Positions 48,781 through 58,431 of a DNA stretch of 64,000 nucleotides are shown piece after piece. The DNA is taken from contig JAIFMH010000086.1 of NCBI GenBank assembly GCA_020048595.1, positions 17,277-81,276 of the forward strand. The letters run 5' to 3'. The notes below the pieces were generated by a model. That model did no database searches. It was not told where the DNA came from and worked only from the letters and a program-made list of their open reading frames with translations. Every line of letters begins with the position of its first letter. Position 1 is the stretch's first letter. The translations under genes were made by a program, and so were the position numbers. Source of the DNA: Bacteroidota bacterium (GTDB lineage: Bacteria > Bacteroidota > Bacteroidia > Bacteroidales > UBA4417).

Positions 48781-49878
48781 TTATACAGGAGGATAGCACA
48801 ATAACACTTTTGCAGGTTTCGTCGTTTTCCAGGTGATTGTTTCAATGGCAGCAGGGAAAAATATTTCATCGCCTTGAGAGAAGCTGTAATTTTGGCCTCC
48901 GCATGTAATATCAACTTCCCCGGAATATATCACTCCCACAAAGAAAGACCCATTGCCTTTTAAAATAAATTCACCATTCAGGTTCAGTTCGTTTAAGCCA
49001 AAGCAGTCGGTGTGAAGTTTATTGAAAATGGTTTTAAGCGTATATGCATCTGTCGATTCGAGTGTTTTTGGTGTAATTTTCCAACGTTCGGTGGCTTCTT
49101 CAAACGAACATCCATCGTAATGAAAGCATTTTAACATGTTTTCCTCACCAACGCCCTGATGAATTAAATCATCGCTGATAGCCAGACCTCCGGGAGTAAT
49201 TTTTTCTACGCGCATGGTATAGTCGGTAGGCTCCTGAACTTCCATTAGAAAACAACCTTGTCCAATAGCATGAGGTACACCACCATAGATAATAAATGCA
49301 TCGCCAGGTTTCACCTCAAAACGGTGCAATGAATTTAGCATACCATGAATATCTTGTTTCTTAAAAAGTTCATGCCATTTTTCAGGAGTTACACCTTCTT
49401 TGAAACCCAGAAAAATTGAACTCTTTACGCCATCTATTTCCCGACCACCTAAAATATACCACGATTCTGTTTTTCCAAATGCAGAATTGAGCATGGTATG
49501 AGCATATTCTTTATTGGGATGTACTTGTATGGTAAGGCGTTCTTTGGAATCGAGCATTTTAATAAGTACACCCGTTGTGCCATATTTTTTCGCAAGCTTT
49601 TCGCCCAAAAAAAGATTCAAATCAGAATTAATCAACTCATTAAGTGAAACTACGCCATCAGGTGATGACAAGAGTGATAGTCCCTCTTCAATCGGACGAT
49701 TTTTGCCTCGAGCCGAAATAGTGGACATAATCCATTCTTCGGGTAAACTTCCATCATCTTCCGTTGTGCCAAACTTCCATTTATCAATTAATGCACCACC
49801 AGTATAAGTTCTCCACACGCGGTTTGGTAATTGTTTTAGTGGTGTCCTGGCAAATTTTGCTAATTCGTTTTTATCCAT
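48781..49878 (-). CDS. manA: Type I mannose-6-phosphate isomerase (cupin)
   Basis: 365 aa with no signal peptide. Motifs: LTIQVHPNKEYA, GKTESWYILGG and GVPHAIG, as in Bacillus-type class I PMI. Confidence 0.7.
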   Translation of the reverse strand: MDKNELAKFARTPLKQLPNRVWRTYTGGALIDKWKFGTTEDDGSLPEEWIMSTISARGKNRPIEEGLSLLSSPDGVVSLNELINSDLNLFLGEKLAKKYGTTGVLIKMLDSKERLTIQVHPNKEYAHTMLNSAFGKTESWYILGGREIDGVKSSIFLGFKEGVTPEKWHELFKKQDIHGMLNSLHRFEVKPGDAFIIYGGVPHAIGQGCFLMEVQEPTDYTMRVEKITPGGLAISDDLIHQGVGEENMLKCFHYDGCSFEEATERWKITPKTLESTDAYTLKTIFNKLHTDCFGLNELNLNGEFILKGNGSFFVGVIYSGEVDITCGGQNYSFSQGDEIFFPAAIETITWKTTKPAKVLLCYPPV

Positions 49879-51217
49879 GTTTTGTAATTATTTCATTGTT
49901 TTTAGGGGCAAAAATAAATACCGAAAGAACTGACAACGGGATTAATAGCCCCCCCATGATAAAGAATGGGATCCAGTTTCCACCTCGTGTAAGCATAGGC
50001 ACCAGATAAGTTGACAGAATAATTCCAAAAATTGCAGATGCACCACCCAATCCGGCTAAAGACCCTACAGTTTTACCAGAATGAAAGTCGCTTGGTAAAG
50101 TTTGAATATTGGTTATGGCAAATTGAAATCCTCCAAGAATAAACATTAACATGATAGATGCAGAAAGACCAGTGAGGGCAAAAGCAGCACCAATCATACC
50201 AGGTAAAATTATTGCACAGCCAATACCAATCGTTATCTTTCTGGCTTTTATTGCATTACAGCCTTTACTAATAAGCCTTCCAGCCCACCAGCCACCAAGT
50301 AAACTTCCAAAAGCAGCACCCACAAATGGTATCCAAGCTACAGCCGCCACTTCCTTAAGATCCAATTTGTACACTTCCTGCAAATAAATGGGTAGCCAGG
50401 TCATAAACATCCACCATATTGGATCGAGGAAAAAGCGACTTGCAATAACCGAATAACTATGCTTGTCTTTAAGTAATTGTTTAATGTTTAATGTCTTCGA
50501 ATCTATTTTATCAACTTCTCCCTGTCCGTTTAGAATGTAATCTTTTTCCTTTTGAGTGATCCAGGGATGGGTTTTGGGTCCGGATTTATTTATAATATAC
50601 CATAGTGGTATCCAAGCCAAACATATTAACCCTAAAACAACAAAAGTCTGACGCCATCCCATGGACAAAAAAAGTAATGGAATAATAATTGGCACCAATA
50701 TATTTCCAACTGAAGAGGCCGCACCAAAAAAACCCTGAGCAATTGCTCTTTCTTTAATTGGAAACCACTCAGCATTCGACTTTGTGGTTCCTGGCCATGG
50801 TCCTGCTTCCCCAAGTCCGAGTAAAACCCTGAAAAATGCAAGTTGCCGAACACCACCAACAAGGGAAGTCAGTGAAATTGCACCTCCCCAAATGAGAGCT
50901 GAAATACTAAATCCGTTGCGTGTTCCAACTTTATCGTACATTACGCCTGATAGTAACTGACTTACGCCATAAGCAAGCATAAAAGCGATATTTATCCAGG
51001 CAAATACTTCTTTTGATTTTTGTTGTCTTTCCTCCGGAGTCATTTCATCACTCACAATATGCAGCTCAGATGCAATACCTGGTTGCACAACCATGCCCGT
51101 AGTTTTATCTTTTCCGTCCTGCCACATGTAGTTTAATGTGCCCCTGTCAAGTATATTAATTACTGTAACAAGTACTATCAAACTTAAAATTACCCAACGC
51201 ATTCCCCTTATTTTCAT
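49871..51217 (-). CDS. MFS transporter, ACS/hexuronate (ExuT)-like
   Basis: 448 aa with about 12 predicted hydrophobic spans. The N-terminus, RWVILSLIVLVTVINILDRGTLNYM, is typical of ExuT-like permeases. It overlaps the downstream manA-like gene by 8 nt. Confidence 0.65.
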   Translation of the reverse strand: MKIRGMRWVILSLIVLVTVINILDRGTLNYMWQDGKDKTTGMVVQPGIASELHIVSDEMTPEERQQKSKEVFAWINIAFMLAYGVSQLLSGVMYDKVGTRNGFSISALIWGGAISLTSLVGGVRQLAFFRVLLGLGEAGPWPGTTKSNAEWFPIKERAIAQGFFGAASSVGNILVPIIIPLLFLSMGWRQTFVVLGLICLAWIPLWYIINKSGPKTHPWITQKEKDYILNGQGEVDKIDSKTLNIKQLLKDKHSYSVIASRFFLDPIWWMFMTWLPIYLQEVYKLDLKEVAAVAWIPFVGAAFGSLLGGWWAGRLISKGCNAIKARKITIGIGCAIILPGMIGAAFALTGLSASIMLMFILGGFQFAITNIQTLPSDFHSGKTVGSLAGLGGASAIFGIILSTYLVPMLTRGGNWIPFFIMGGLLIPLSVLSVFIFAPKNNEIITKHG

Positions 51218-51372
51218 TCGAAAATATTGTTATTAATAAATTGATTATCTGTGCGTTCTCATGGAACTCTCATGCCAGGAGATCTCCACTTCGAACTATA
51301 TTTTCATTTCTTTTTGTGCCGCCTCCTTTAAAATTATTCCAGCGGCATGTTCGTTTCATAAGTATTTCTTAT

Positions 51373-52965
51373 TTATTTTCTGATTAATTCCCGTGATTCA
51401 ATACTTTTGACAAGTGGGTAGTTTACATCTTTTAAATATCCGATCAATTTCGAACGCAACTCCTCTGTGGTTTTTTTGTATTCAAATCGTTTAGGATTTG
51501 TACCCAAAAGATTATTCATTTCATACGGATCGTTTTTCATATCGAAAAGCGCTTCAATGTCTTTGCCTCCGCTTCGATGCGTGGTCATTAATTTCCAATT
51601 TTCTGTCCGAATCATTATTGACGGGACATTGGCATTTTCCCACTGCCATTCGGAAACAGCAAAATCGTATTTTGGAGATGCTGTTCCTTCCATAACACCT
51701 TTGAGCGAATAACCATCAGTTGCGATTGATTTGACTCCGGCATAATCGAGAATTGTCGGGAAAATATTGAGTACTGAAACCGGAGTTGAAACAGTTTGAC
51801 CTGCTTTTATTTTCCCCGGGTAACGAAATAAAAACGGCACCCTCACCGACTCTTCATAGAAATTAAATTTGCCACGCATACCATGTGCCCCAAGCATTTC
51901 ACCATGGTCGGAAACAAAGATAACCAGCGTGTTTTCGGCTAATTTCAATTCATCCAGTTTATTCAGAATTTTACCCACCCATTCGTCAATTTCGGTAACA
52001 AATGCATAGTAGTTCGCAGTCATATACTGCACTTTATCTTTTTCATTGTAAGGAGGTTCAATTTTGCCCGGATTGTACGGCGAGTTTTCCCTGCGGTCTT
52101 CGATTGACGAAGGAGTCAACAAGTCTGCTGCCTTGTACATCGAAGCGTAAGGTTCTGAAGGAGTTATTGGCACATGCGGACAATGAAAGGAGCAAGTCAG
52201 AATAAATTGTTCATTTTTTAATCGTTCCAAAGCATCAATTGTTTGCTTGCCTTGCACTGCAGTAATTGTATAATCGGCTGGCAAATCAAGAACCCCATGA
52301 ATATCAGCCTGACTCAATTTTCGTTTTAGTTCATCTTCCGGTATTACTGCTGATGGCAGATATTTGTAATACCGATCGGTCGGATCAAGTTTATATGGGA
52401 CCGTTCCTCCATAAAAGGTAGTTTCATATAATTCGCCAGGCTTCAATGGCCTTTTCTTGAAATTCTCCTGAATATATTTCACATAAATGGGTTCCCAACG
52501 AACAATAGGGTCAGTGCCAGTCATTCCATTTACCGGAGGATTCATGTAAACCCTTGCCATGTGTTCCGGTGAATGAAATTTGCCATAAACTTCGGTGGCA
52601 TATCCTCTTTTTGCAAGAATTTCATCGAAAGTGGGATAATAACATTCTCCTGTTTTGACATCATTATTCTCCCTGATAGTAGTTGTCTCTGTTAACCGTC
52701 CGGTTAAAATGGAGGTACGTGCAGGAACGCAAACCGGGCAGGGAGTAATAGCCTGACTAAAATTAATCCCTTCACGTGCCAGCCTGTCCAGATTTGGCGT
52801 TTTGATCATTTTATTTCCTGCATAACCAACTGCATTCCATGCTTGTTGATCGGTCATAATTAAAAGGACATTTGGATTCCTTTCATTCTGACCAAACGAT
52901 GCAGTAAATACAGAAAGAACCCCGGTAACAAACAAGGTGGTTGATTTGTATTTTTGAGGTATCAT
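51373..52965 (-). CDS. Formylglycine-dependent sulfatase (DQQ-type paralog group)
   Basis: 530 aa. Motifs: NVLLIMTDQQAWNAVG, PCPVCVPARTSILTGR, VSDHGEMLGAHGM, DPYEMNNLLGTNP. Confidence 0.9.
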   Translation of the reverse strand: MIPQKYKSTTLFVTGVLSVFTASFGQNERNPNVLLIMTDQQAWNAVGYAGNKMIKTPNLDRLAREGINFSQAITPCPVCVPARTSILTGRLTETTTIRENNDVKTGECYYPTFDEILAKRGYATEVYGKFHSPEHMARVYMNPPVNGMTGTDPIVRWEPIYVKYIQENFKKRPLKPGELYETTFYGGTVPYKLDPTDRYYKYLPSAVIPEDELKRKLSQADIHGVLDLPADYTITAVQGKQTIDALERLKNEQFILTCSFHCPHVPITPSEPYASMYKAADLLTPSSIEDRRENSPYNPGKIEPPYNEKDKVQYMTANYYAFVTEIDEWVGKILNKLDELKLAENTLVIFVSDHGEMLGAHGMRGKFNFYEESVRVPFLFRYPGKIKAGQTVSTPVSVLNIFPTILDYAGVKSIATDGYSLKGVMEGTASPKYDFAVSEWQWENANVPSIMIRTENWKLMTTHRSGGKDIEALFDMKNDPYEMNNLLGTNPKRFEYKKTTEELRSKLIGYLKDVNYPLVKSIESRELIRK

Positions 52966-52974
52966 ATCTGTTTA

Positions 52975-54348
52975 TTATTTATTTTTTCTGTTATCAGTCT
53001 TGTTCTTTTTCTTGCCATCAGTCTTATCTTGTTTGTTTTTTAAATCGCCCATTGGAGTTTTCATTTCAGCGCGCCATTTTTCGTATTTTAGCTTCAATTC
53101 GTTTGTTTTCTCCGGATTTTGAGCTGACAGATCATTGTTTTCGCTGATATCTTTCTCAAGATCATACAATTCCAATTTCGCTTTTTTGTCAAAGACCAGC
53201 TTCCATTTACCTGCTCTAACAGCCCATCTGTTTTCTGATCCATCCCAAAACAGCTCTTCATGCAGCGGTTGCTTTAATTTACCCTTAATTGCCGGAAGCA
53301 TACTTTTACCATCATATATCCGGTCGGCTGGTAGTTTGATATCCAGAACTGCACAAATGGTAGGCATAATATCCAGAGAGATAACAGGTTCCTTACACAC
53401 CGAAGGTTTTATTTTTCCGGGCCAGCTCATGACAAATGGCACACGCAGTCCGCCTTCATAAACACTTTGTTTAAAGTCTCTGAGCGGCAGGTTGTTGGCC
53501 GATGTAGCTTTAGAGCCACCATTATCAGAGAAATAAAAAATAATGGTATTTTCATAAACCCCTTCACTTTTGAGTGTCTTAATAACTTCACCTACTGCAA
53601 TATCCATACGGTATATCATTGCCATTTGAATATCGCGATTCCTGTTTCCGGTATTGAATCTCTTGATATCTTCTTCGGGTGCCTGCAATGGAGCATGAAC
53701 CGCATTAAACGGGAGGTACAGGAAGAAAGGTGACTTCTTGTCTGCATTTGTCTTGATAAATGAACAGGCTTCTTTCGCCAGAATATCGGTCAGATAGCCT
53801 TCATCGCTTACAGGAGTGAAATTCCGAACAATACATTCGTAATTTTTTTCATCAGGACAGGTGAAATTGTAATAATCATGTCCGCCGTGCCCCAGAAATC
53901 CATAAAAATCCTGAAATCCTCTATTGAGCGGATGATAAGCTTTTTCAAGTCCTAAATGCCATTTCCCGAAGATGCCTGTGCGGTAACCTTCTTTTTTAAG
54001 CACATCTGCCAGGGTTAACTCACTCAAAGGCATCCCTGCCCTGGAATCGTTGGCCGTGTAGAAACCAAATCGTTGCTGATAACGTCCGGTTAACAAACCT
54101 GCCCGCGTTGGCGCGCAAACGTAAGCGCTGGCGTAACCATTCGTAAAAACCACTCCGCTTGCTGCCAATTTATCGATTGATGGAGTTGAAATGGTAGAAG
54201 GTGAACGTTGAAAGCCGACATCCGCATTGCCCTGATCATCAGCCAGAATAATCACGATGTTGGGTTTTGTCAGATTTTGAGCAGTAAGTCCCATTGTCAT
54301 TAAGACCAATGAAGGAAACACAACTGAAGTTTTCAAAATGCTTTTCAT
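52975..54348 (-). CDS. Formylglycine-dependent sulfatase with Lys/Asn-rich C-terminal tail
   Basis: 457 aa. Motifs: PNIVIILADDQGNAD, AYVCAPTRAGLLTGRY, FSDNGG. The tail is ..KNKQDKTDGKKKNKTDNRKNK. Confidence 0.9.
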   Translation of the reverse strand: MKSILKTSVVFPSLVLMTMGLTAQNLTKPNIVIILADDQGNADVGFQRSPSTISTPSIDKLAASGVVFTNGYASAYVCAPTRAGLLTGRYQQRFGFYTANDSRAGMPLSELTLADVLKKEGYRTGIFGKWHLGLEKAYHPLNRGFQDFYGFLGHGGHDYYNFTCPDEKNYECIVRNFTPVSDEGYLTDILAKEACSFIKTNADKKSPFFLYLPFNAVHAPLQAPEEDIKRFNTGNRNRDIQMAMIYRMDIAVGEVIKTLKSEGVYENTIIFYFSDNGGSKATSANNLPLRDFKQSVYEGGLRVPFVMSWPGKIKPSVCKEPVISLDIMPTICAVLDIKLPADRIYDGKSMLPAIKGKLKQPLHEELFWDGSENRWAVRAGKWKLVFDKKAKLELYDLEKDISENNDLSAQNPEKTNELKLKYEKWRAEMKTPMGDLKNKQDKTDGKKKNKTDNRKNK

Positions 54349-54389
54349 AATTTAATAATTTTAATTATTTGAATAATTTATGATATGAA

Positions 54390-56633
54390 TTAACGATTCT
54401 GGATTACTAACTTTTGGTTATAAACGTGCCCGTCAAGTATTGCGGAAACGATATAGACTCCAGGACTGAAAGAATTATAGCTAAACACGCAGGTTTTCGA
54501 CCGGGGATCACTTTGGACAACCAGTTTTCCATCAATGCTGTAAACAGAGCATTGGTCGATATTTTTAGCTGAAGAAACGATTTCTAATCCGGTTTTGGCG
54601 TAAATTATTTTGATTTGATTATCGATGGATCGATTTTCTGCAGCGGTATTTGTTTCAGGATAAAAAGCTGCAAGGGTATAAACACTGTTGCTTGAAATTG
54701 TATAAAGTGGATTCGCAGCACTTACTTTGGTACTGTTGCTCCAAACATCAAGCACAGTGCCATCTCCCCTTCGGATTTGAAGATTATCAATGTAAAAGTT
54801 GTATTTGCCTGTCTTTTTAAGAATAATACTAAATTTATTTACAACACCCGGAGCTTCACTACCCATGCCAATAACCCTATGTTCCCAAACTCCGGCACCT
54901 CCCAATGGTGCGGGTGCTGTCATTTGAACCCGTCCAAATTGGTCAACCCCTCTTTTGGCGCTAAAGTATTTTCCTGTACCAAAAAACGGCGTTACATAAA
55001 AACCATCTGTTTTACTCCCTACCTCAGCTTTAATATCAAAATGCAAATAATCATCCGGCAATAACTTAAATCCAGTACCCGAAATTTGAATAACCGGCTC
55101 GGGATTACTTGCACCGGAAACGTAATCGGCAGTAACCTTTAATACTGCATTACCTGGAGCGGGATTTATTGGAGTTGCAAGTTTTGGAGCCAGATGTGTG
55201 ATGGCTACACCGATAGATTCTCTCCATTTTTCAAGTTTAGCCAGCAAATCTGATGTAACGACTGAATTACTCATATTCACATTTGTACTTTCAGTAATAT
55301 CAGCCTGTATGGCGAATAATTCGCTGCGATCAATGTATCTCGACATTTTCCATTGGTCAGTGCGAATTACATCGTGGTCTCTCCAAACCCAGTAATATTC
55401 GCGATCACCTGATTGAGCATTGGTTTTCATCTCCTGTAAAAATGAACTGCCATCAATTTCACCAATTACTGAGGTGGATATTCCTGATATTTCCATAAAA
55501 GTGGGCAGAACATCAAGATATCCAACCATTGGTTTAAAGACTTTTGGCCCAACGAATTCCCCTGCCGGCCAGCGTATTACGGCTGGTGAATGCACTCCAC
55601 CTTCTAAAGTGGAGTGTTTATTTCCTCTAAAAGGCAATCCGCTGCCGTCAGGTGTTGCCCCATTATCGGCGAAAAACAGAACTACCGTATTATTTGCAAG
55701 GTTGTTGTCTTCCAGATATTTCATCATCTCGCCCACTTTGTCATCCAGGTTGATTAGCATAGCCGAATACAGCACCTGACGTTCCGAAGTACTTAATGTT
55801 CCGGTAATGCTAAATATGGTATTATCGCCGGTTAGCTGAGCATACATGTTATTCATTTCCGGAGTATCACCATCATTATACAGTTTGTAATACTCTTTCC
55901 AGGTACGAAGCGGACCTCCGGTGGCTTGCAGGATTGAAGCAGGAACACGCTGAAGATCAATATCTTTTACATGAAGCGGAGTGTGGATAATATTCAGGGG
56001 CACATAAGCTAAAAATTGATTTGTCTTGTTTTGTTCAATAAATTCCAGGGCATATCTTGTCAATAAATCTGTTGAATATTCAAATTCTGTATTTATCTCA
56101 GTTTTGTCATGATACCAGTTGGGGCTCGTTGGTTTATTGGCCCAAACTTTCGTATAATAGTCACATCCACCGCCATAAAAACCTATAAACCTGTCAAATC
56201 CATAATCGTTTACATGAGGGAGTGTTGGGTAAAATTCGGGAGCATTGCCATTGTGCCATTTACCAAAAATTCCGGTTTTGTAACCGTTTGCTTGAAACAC
56301 ACTGCCCATGGTCGGAATGCTGGTAGCCAGTTGTCCGTCAGTATTTGGTCCTTGTCCGGTTCTTAACGGATTCAAACCGGTAAGTAAGCCCGCACGTGTA
56401 GGGCTACAGACAGGGCAGGTCATAAAATTACCAAATTCAATGCCTTGATTGATAAGCTTATCGATGTTTGGCGTAGGTGTTTTACCGCCATGACAGCTCA
56501 AGTCGCCATAACCTAAATCATCGGCCAGGATAATCAAAAAATTAGGCCGGGTAGTTTTTTGAGCCAATGTTGCCGTTGAAACTGAACTAAAAGAAACCAA
56601 AAACAAGATGTTGCGGCAATAGATTGTTCTCAT
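54390..56633 (-). CDS. Three-part sulfatase: S1 sulfatase domain, beta-sandwich (CBM-like) region and T9SS C-terminal sorting domain
   Basis: 747 aa. The N-terminal sulfatase has PNFLIILADDLGYGDL, TCPVCSPTRAGLLTG and FADNGA. A non-sulfatase region of about 180 aa follows. The last 75 aa or so (..IKIIYAKTGLEIVSS..CSVYSIDGKLVVQSD..FSPGVYIVSAILDGHVYNQKLVIQNR) fit the Por/T9SS type-A CTD pattern. Confidence 0.8.
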   Translation of the reverse strand: MRTIYCRNILFLVSFSSVSTATLAQKTTRPNFLIILADDLGYGDLSCHGGKTPTPNIDKLINQGIEFGNFMTCPVCSPTRAGLLTGLNPLRTGQGPNTDGQLATSIPTMGSVFQANGYKTGIFGKWHNGNAPEFYPTLPHVNDYGFDRFIGFYGGGCDYYTKVWANKPTSPNWYHDKTEINTEFEYSTDLLTRYALEFIEQNKTNQFLAYVPLNIIHTPLHVKDIDLQRVPASILQATGGPLRTWKEYYKLYNDGDTPEMNNMYAQLTGDNTIFSITGTLSTSERQVLYSAMLINLDDKVGEMMKYLEDNNLANNTVVLFFADNGATPDGSGLPFRGNKHSTLEGGVHSPAVIRWPAGEFVGPKVFKPMVGYLDVLPTFMEISGISTSVIGEIDGSSFLQEMKTNAQSGDREYYWVWRDHDVIRTDQWKMSRYIDRSELFAIQADITESTNVNMSNSVVTSDLLAKLEKWRESIGVAITHLAPKLATPINPAPGNAVLKVTADYVSGASNPEPVIQISGTGFKLLPDDYLHFDIKAEVGSKTDGFYVTPFFGTGKYFSAKRGVDQFGRVQMTAPAPLGGAGVWEHRVIGMGSEAPGVVNKFSIILKKTGKYNFYIDNLQIRRGDGTVLDVWSNSTKVSAANPLYTISSNSVYTLAAFYPETNTAAENRSIDNQIKIIYAKTGLEIVSSAKNIDQCSVYSIDGKLVVQSDPRSKTCVFSYNSFSPGVYIVSAILDGHVYNQKLVIQNR

Positions 56634-56715
56634 TTTGATATCTTATTATTTATCTGGGATATAGCGGCATTGAACTCCATCATGAGTTGTTTGAATTGTA
56701 AACAAATCATGATCT

Positions 56716-58335
56716 TCATAGTTCTGTAACCTCCAATTCTTTGATATATGGTGTTTTTGTCTTGATCATCCAATCTTTCAGTGTGGATTTCAAATCACTG
56801 ACTACCTTTTCGTAGTTGGATTTTTCGGGATTTGTCCCGATCAGGTTATTCATTTCCAGGGGATCGGATTTGAGATTGTATAAAGCGCTAACCGTTTTTT
56901 GCTTTTTATCAGACATCTGGAGATAGACAATCATTTTCCAGTCGCCTTTGCGTAACATGAACGGACCTCCGTTATTTATCTGGCCCCAGACAGAAACCGC
57001 ATAATCAACGGGATCTGCTTTGCCGTCAACTAATTTCCGCAAACTTCGTCCGTCATTTTCAGGAATTTTCATTCCTGTGTAATCTAAAATCGATGCAAAA
57101 ATATCATGGTGCGAAACCGGCGCATTAACTTTTTTTCCGGCAGGTATTGTGCCAGGCAAACGCATGATTAAAGGAATATGAACCGAACCTTCGTACATTT
57201 TCATTTTACTGTTTAGACCATGATCCCCCATCATTTCGCCGTGATCACTAACAAAAACCACCAATGTATTTTCGGTTAATCCTTTTCGGTCCAGCTCGTC
57301 GAGCAATTTTCCCACCCACTCATCAACCTGAGTAACCATGCCATAATAAACCTGCTTCATTTGCTGCACCATTTCCGGATTCTGAAAACGCAGGTCGAAT
57401 GATGTATTATTTCTCTGGTAAGGAGCATTTTGCAAATTGTCGTTTATGCTGGCGGGCACTGACAATAGACCAGGGTTGTATAAATCTGCATATTTTTTAG
57501 GAACGACATAAGGTGGATGAGGAGGACCAAATGAACAGGTGAGCGAAAATGATTTCCCGGGTTTCATCTTTTTTAAGGCTTCCAGAGCCTCGTGTCCTTC
57601 GTAGGCAGCCAAGGAACCATCGGCCAGACCATTAAATATTCCGAAATTCTGTGCCTGAGATACTTCCGATCGGTTGTCCTTCTTTCTTCCATTTTCACTG
57701 GTTGAAACTTCTTCCTTTTGTTCCCCATACCTTCCATCAATAGGAAGGGGAATATACGGACGAAGGCTCATCTTATCAATTACTTCATTGGCATTTGCAT
57801 CTCTTGCCGGTATGCCAAGTTCATCGAGGTATTTTCTGAAACCATCGACAGTTGAGGGGACATTTGCCATCTTTGATTTGCCGGTTGTCTTCACTACATT
57901 GTTGTATTTTGAGGCAAACTTATAAGGAGAATGCCATTTCCCATAATATTCAGTGTGATATCCATTATCAGATAGAATCTGATCGAAAGTTGGAACATTC
58001 GGAATACTATCACTATCAACATCATTATTTCCGAGTACTTTGGTATTAAAAATAGTACGTCCTGTGAGAATGGAGGATCGCGCCGGCACACATACCGGGC
58101 ATGAAGAATAGGCGTTTGTAAACTGAACGCCTCCTTTTGCAAGCCGGTCGATGTTGGGCGTTTTTATTTCCAAATTCCCGGCACATCTCAGGGCATCCCA
58201 ACGTTGCTGATCGGTCATAATAAACAGGACATTGGTTTTCTCATTTACCTGACCAAAGGCTATAAAAGAGGAACAAAAAATAAAACCGTTTAGTAGTACG
58301 ACGGATTTATTAAAACAAGGGATGAGCTTTTTCAT
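56716..58335 (-). CDS. Formylglycine-dependent sulfatase (DQQ-type paralog group); first structural gene after the regulator
   Basis: 539 aa. Motifs: NVLFIMTDQQRWDALRC, SCPVCVPARSSILTGR, VSDHGEMMGDHGL, DPLEMNNLIGTNP. Confidence 0.9.
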   Translation of the reverse strand: MKKLIPCFNKSVVLLNGFIFCSSFIAFGQVNEKTNVLFIMTDQQRWDALRCAGNLEIKTPNIDRLAKGGVQFTNAYSSCPVCVPARSSILTGRTIFNTKVLGNNDVDSDSIPNVPTFDQILSDNGYHTEYYGKWHSPYKFASKYNNVVKTTGKSKMANVPSTVDGFRKYLDELGIPARDANANEVIDKMSLRPYIPLPIDGRYGEQKEEVSTSENGRKKDNRSEVSQAQNFGIFNGLADGSLAAYEGHEALEALKKMKPGKSFSLTCSFGPPHPPYVVPKKYADLYNPGLLSVPASINDNLQNAPYQRNNTSFDLRFQNPEMVQQMKQVYYGMVTQVDEWVGKLLDELDRKGLTENTLVVFVSDHGEMMGDHGLNSKMKMYEGSVHIPLIMRLPGTIPAGKKVNAPVSHHDIFASILDYTGMKIPENDGRSLRKLVDGKADPVDYAVSVWGQINNGGPFMLRKGDWKMIVYLQMSDKKQKTVSALYNLKSDPLEMNNLIGTNPEKSNYEKVVSDLKSTLKDWMIKTKTPYIKELEVTEL

Positions 58336-58394
58336 AGTAGTTTTTATTAAAAATTATCTTCTCATGATTTTATTCACGAAGAAAGGTTTTGACT

Positions 58395-58431
58395 ATTAAT
58401 TTTCAATTAATAAAAAGCTAATAAGATTAAC
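58395..58431 (-). promoter_or_regulatory. Candidate operator: phased ATTAAT/ATTAAC hexamers upstream of the first sulfatase gene
   Basis: On the plus strand, ATTAAT (58395-400) N5 ATTAAT (58406-11) N5 GCTAAT (58417-22) N3 ATTAAC (58426-31). This lies 60-96 bp upstream of the ATG at 58335. The last three hexamers have the same spacing as the site at 12340-12365. Confidence 0.25.

Noticed and set aside
48735-48914. A 60-aa N-terminal extension of the GH88/105-like ORF (MILHAEAKITASLKAM...) and the 37-aa extension of the sulfatase at 34742..36172.
   Set aside because: Both extensions overlap the 3' end of the preceding gene and lack signal-peptide character. Internal ATGs (48734 and 36061) give canonical signal peptides. 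I therefore shortened the calls rather than proposing overlapping genes or fusions.
51300-51345. The inverted repeat TGCCGC...GCGGCA downstream of the sulfatase at 51373; possible terminator separating sub-operons.
   Set aside because: The stem is only 6 bp with a loop of about 19 nt and no following U-run on the transcribed strand, so it is not convincing as an intrinsic terminator.
52975-53050. The Lys/Asn/Asp-rich tail (KNKQDKTDGKKKNKTDNRKNK) of the sulfatase at 52975-54348, considered as a possible separate small ORF or a targeting signal.
   Set aside because: It is in frame and contiguous with the sulfatase, and low-complexity AT-rich codons readily produce such tails. There is no evidence for an independent function.
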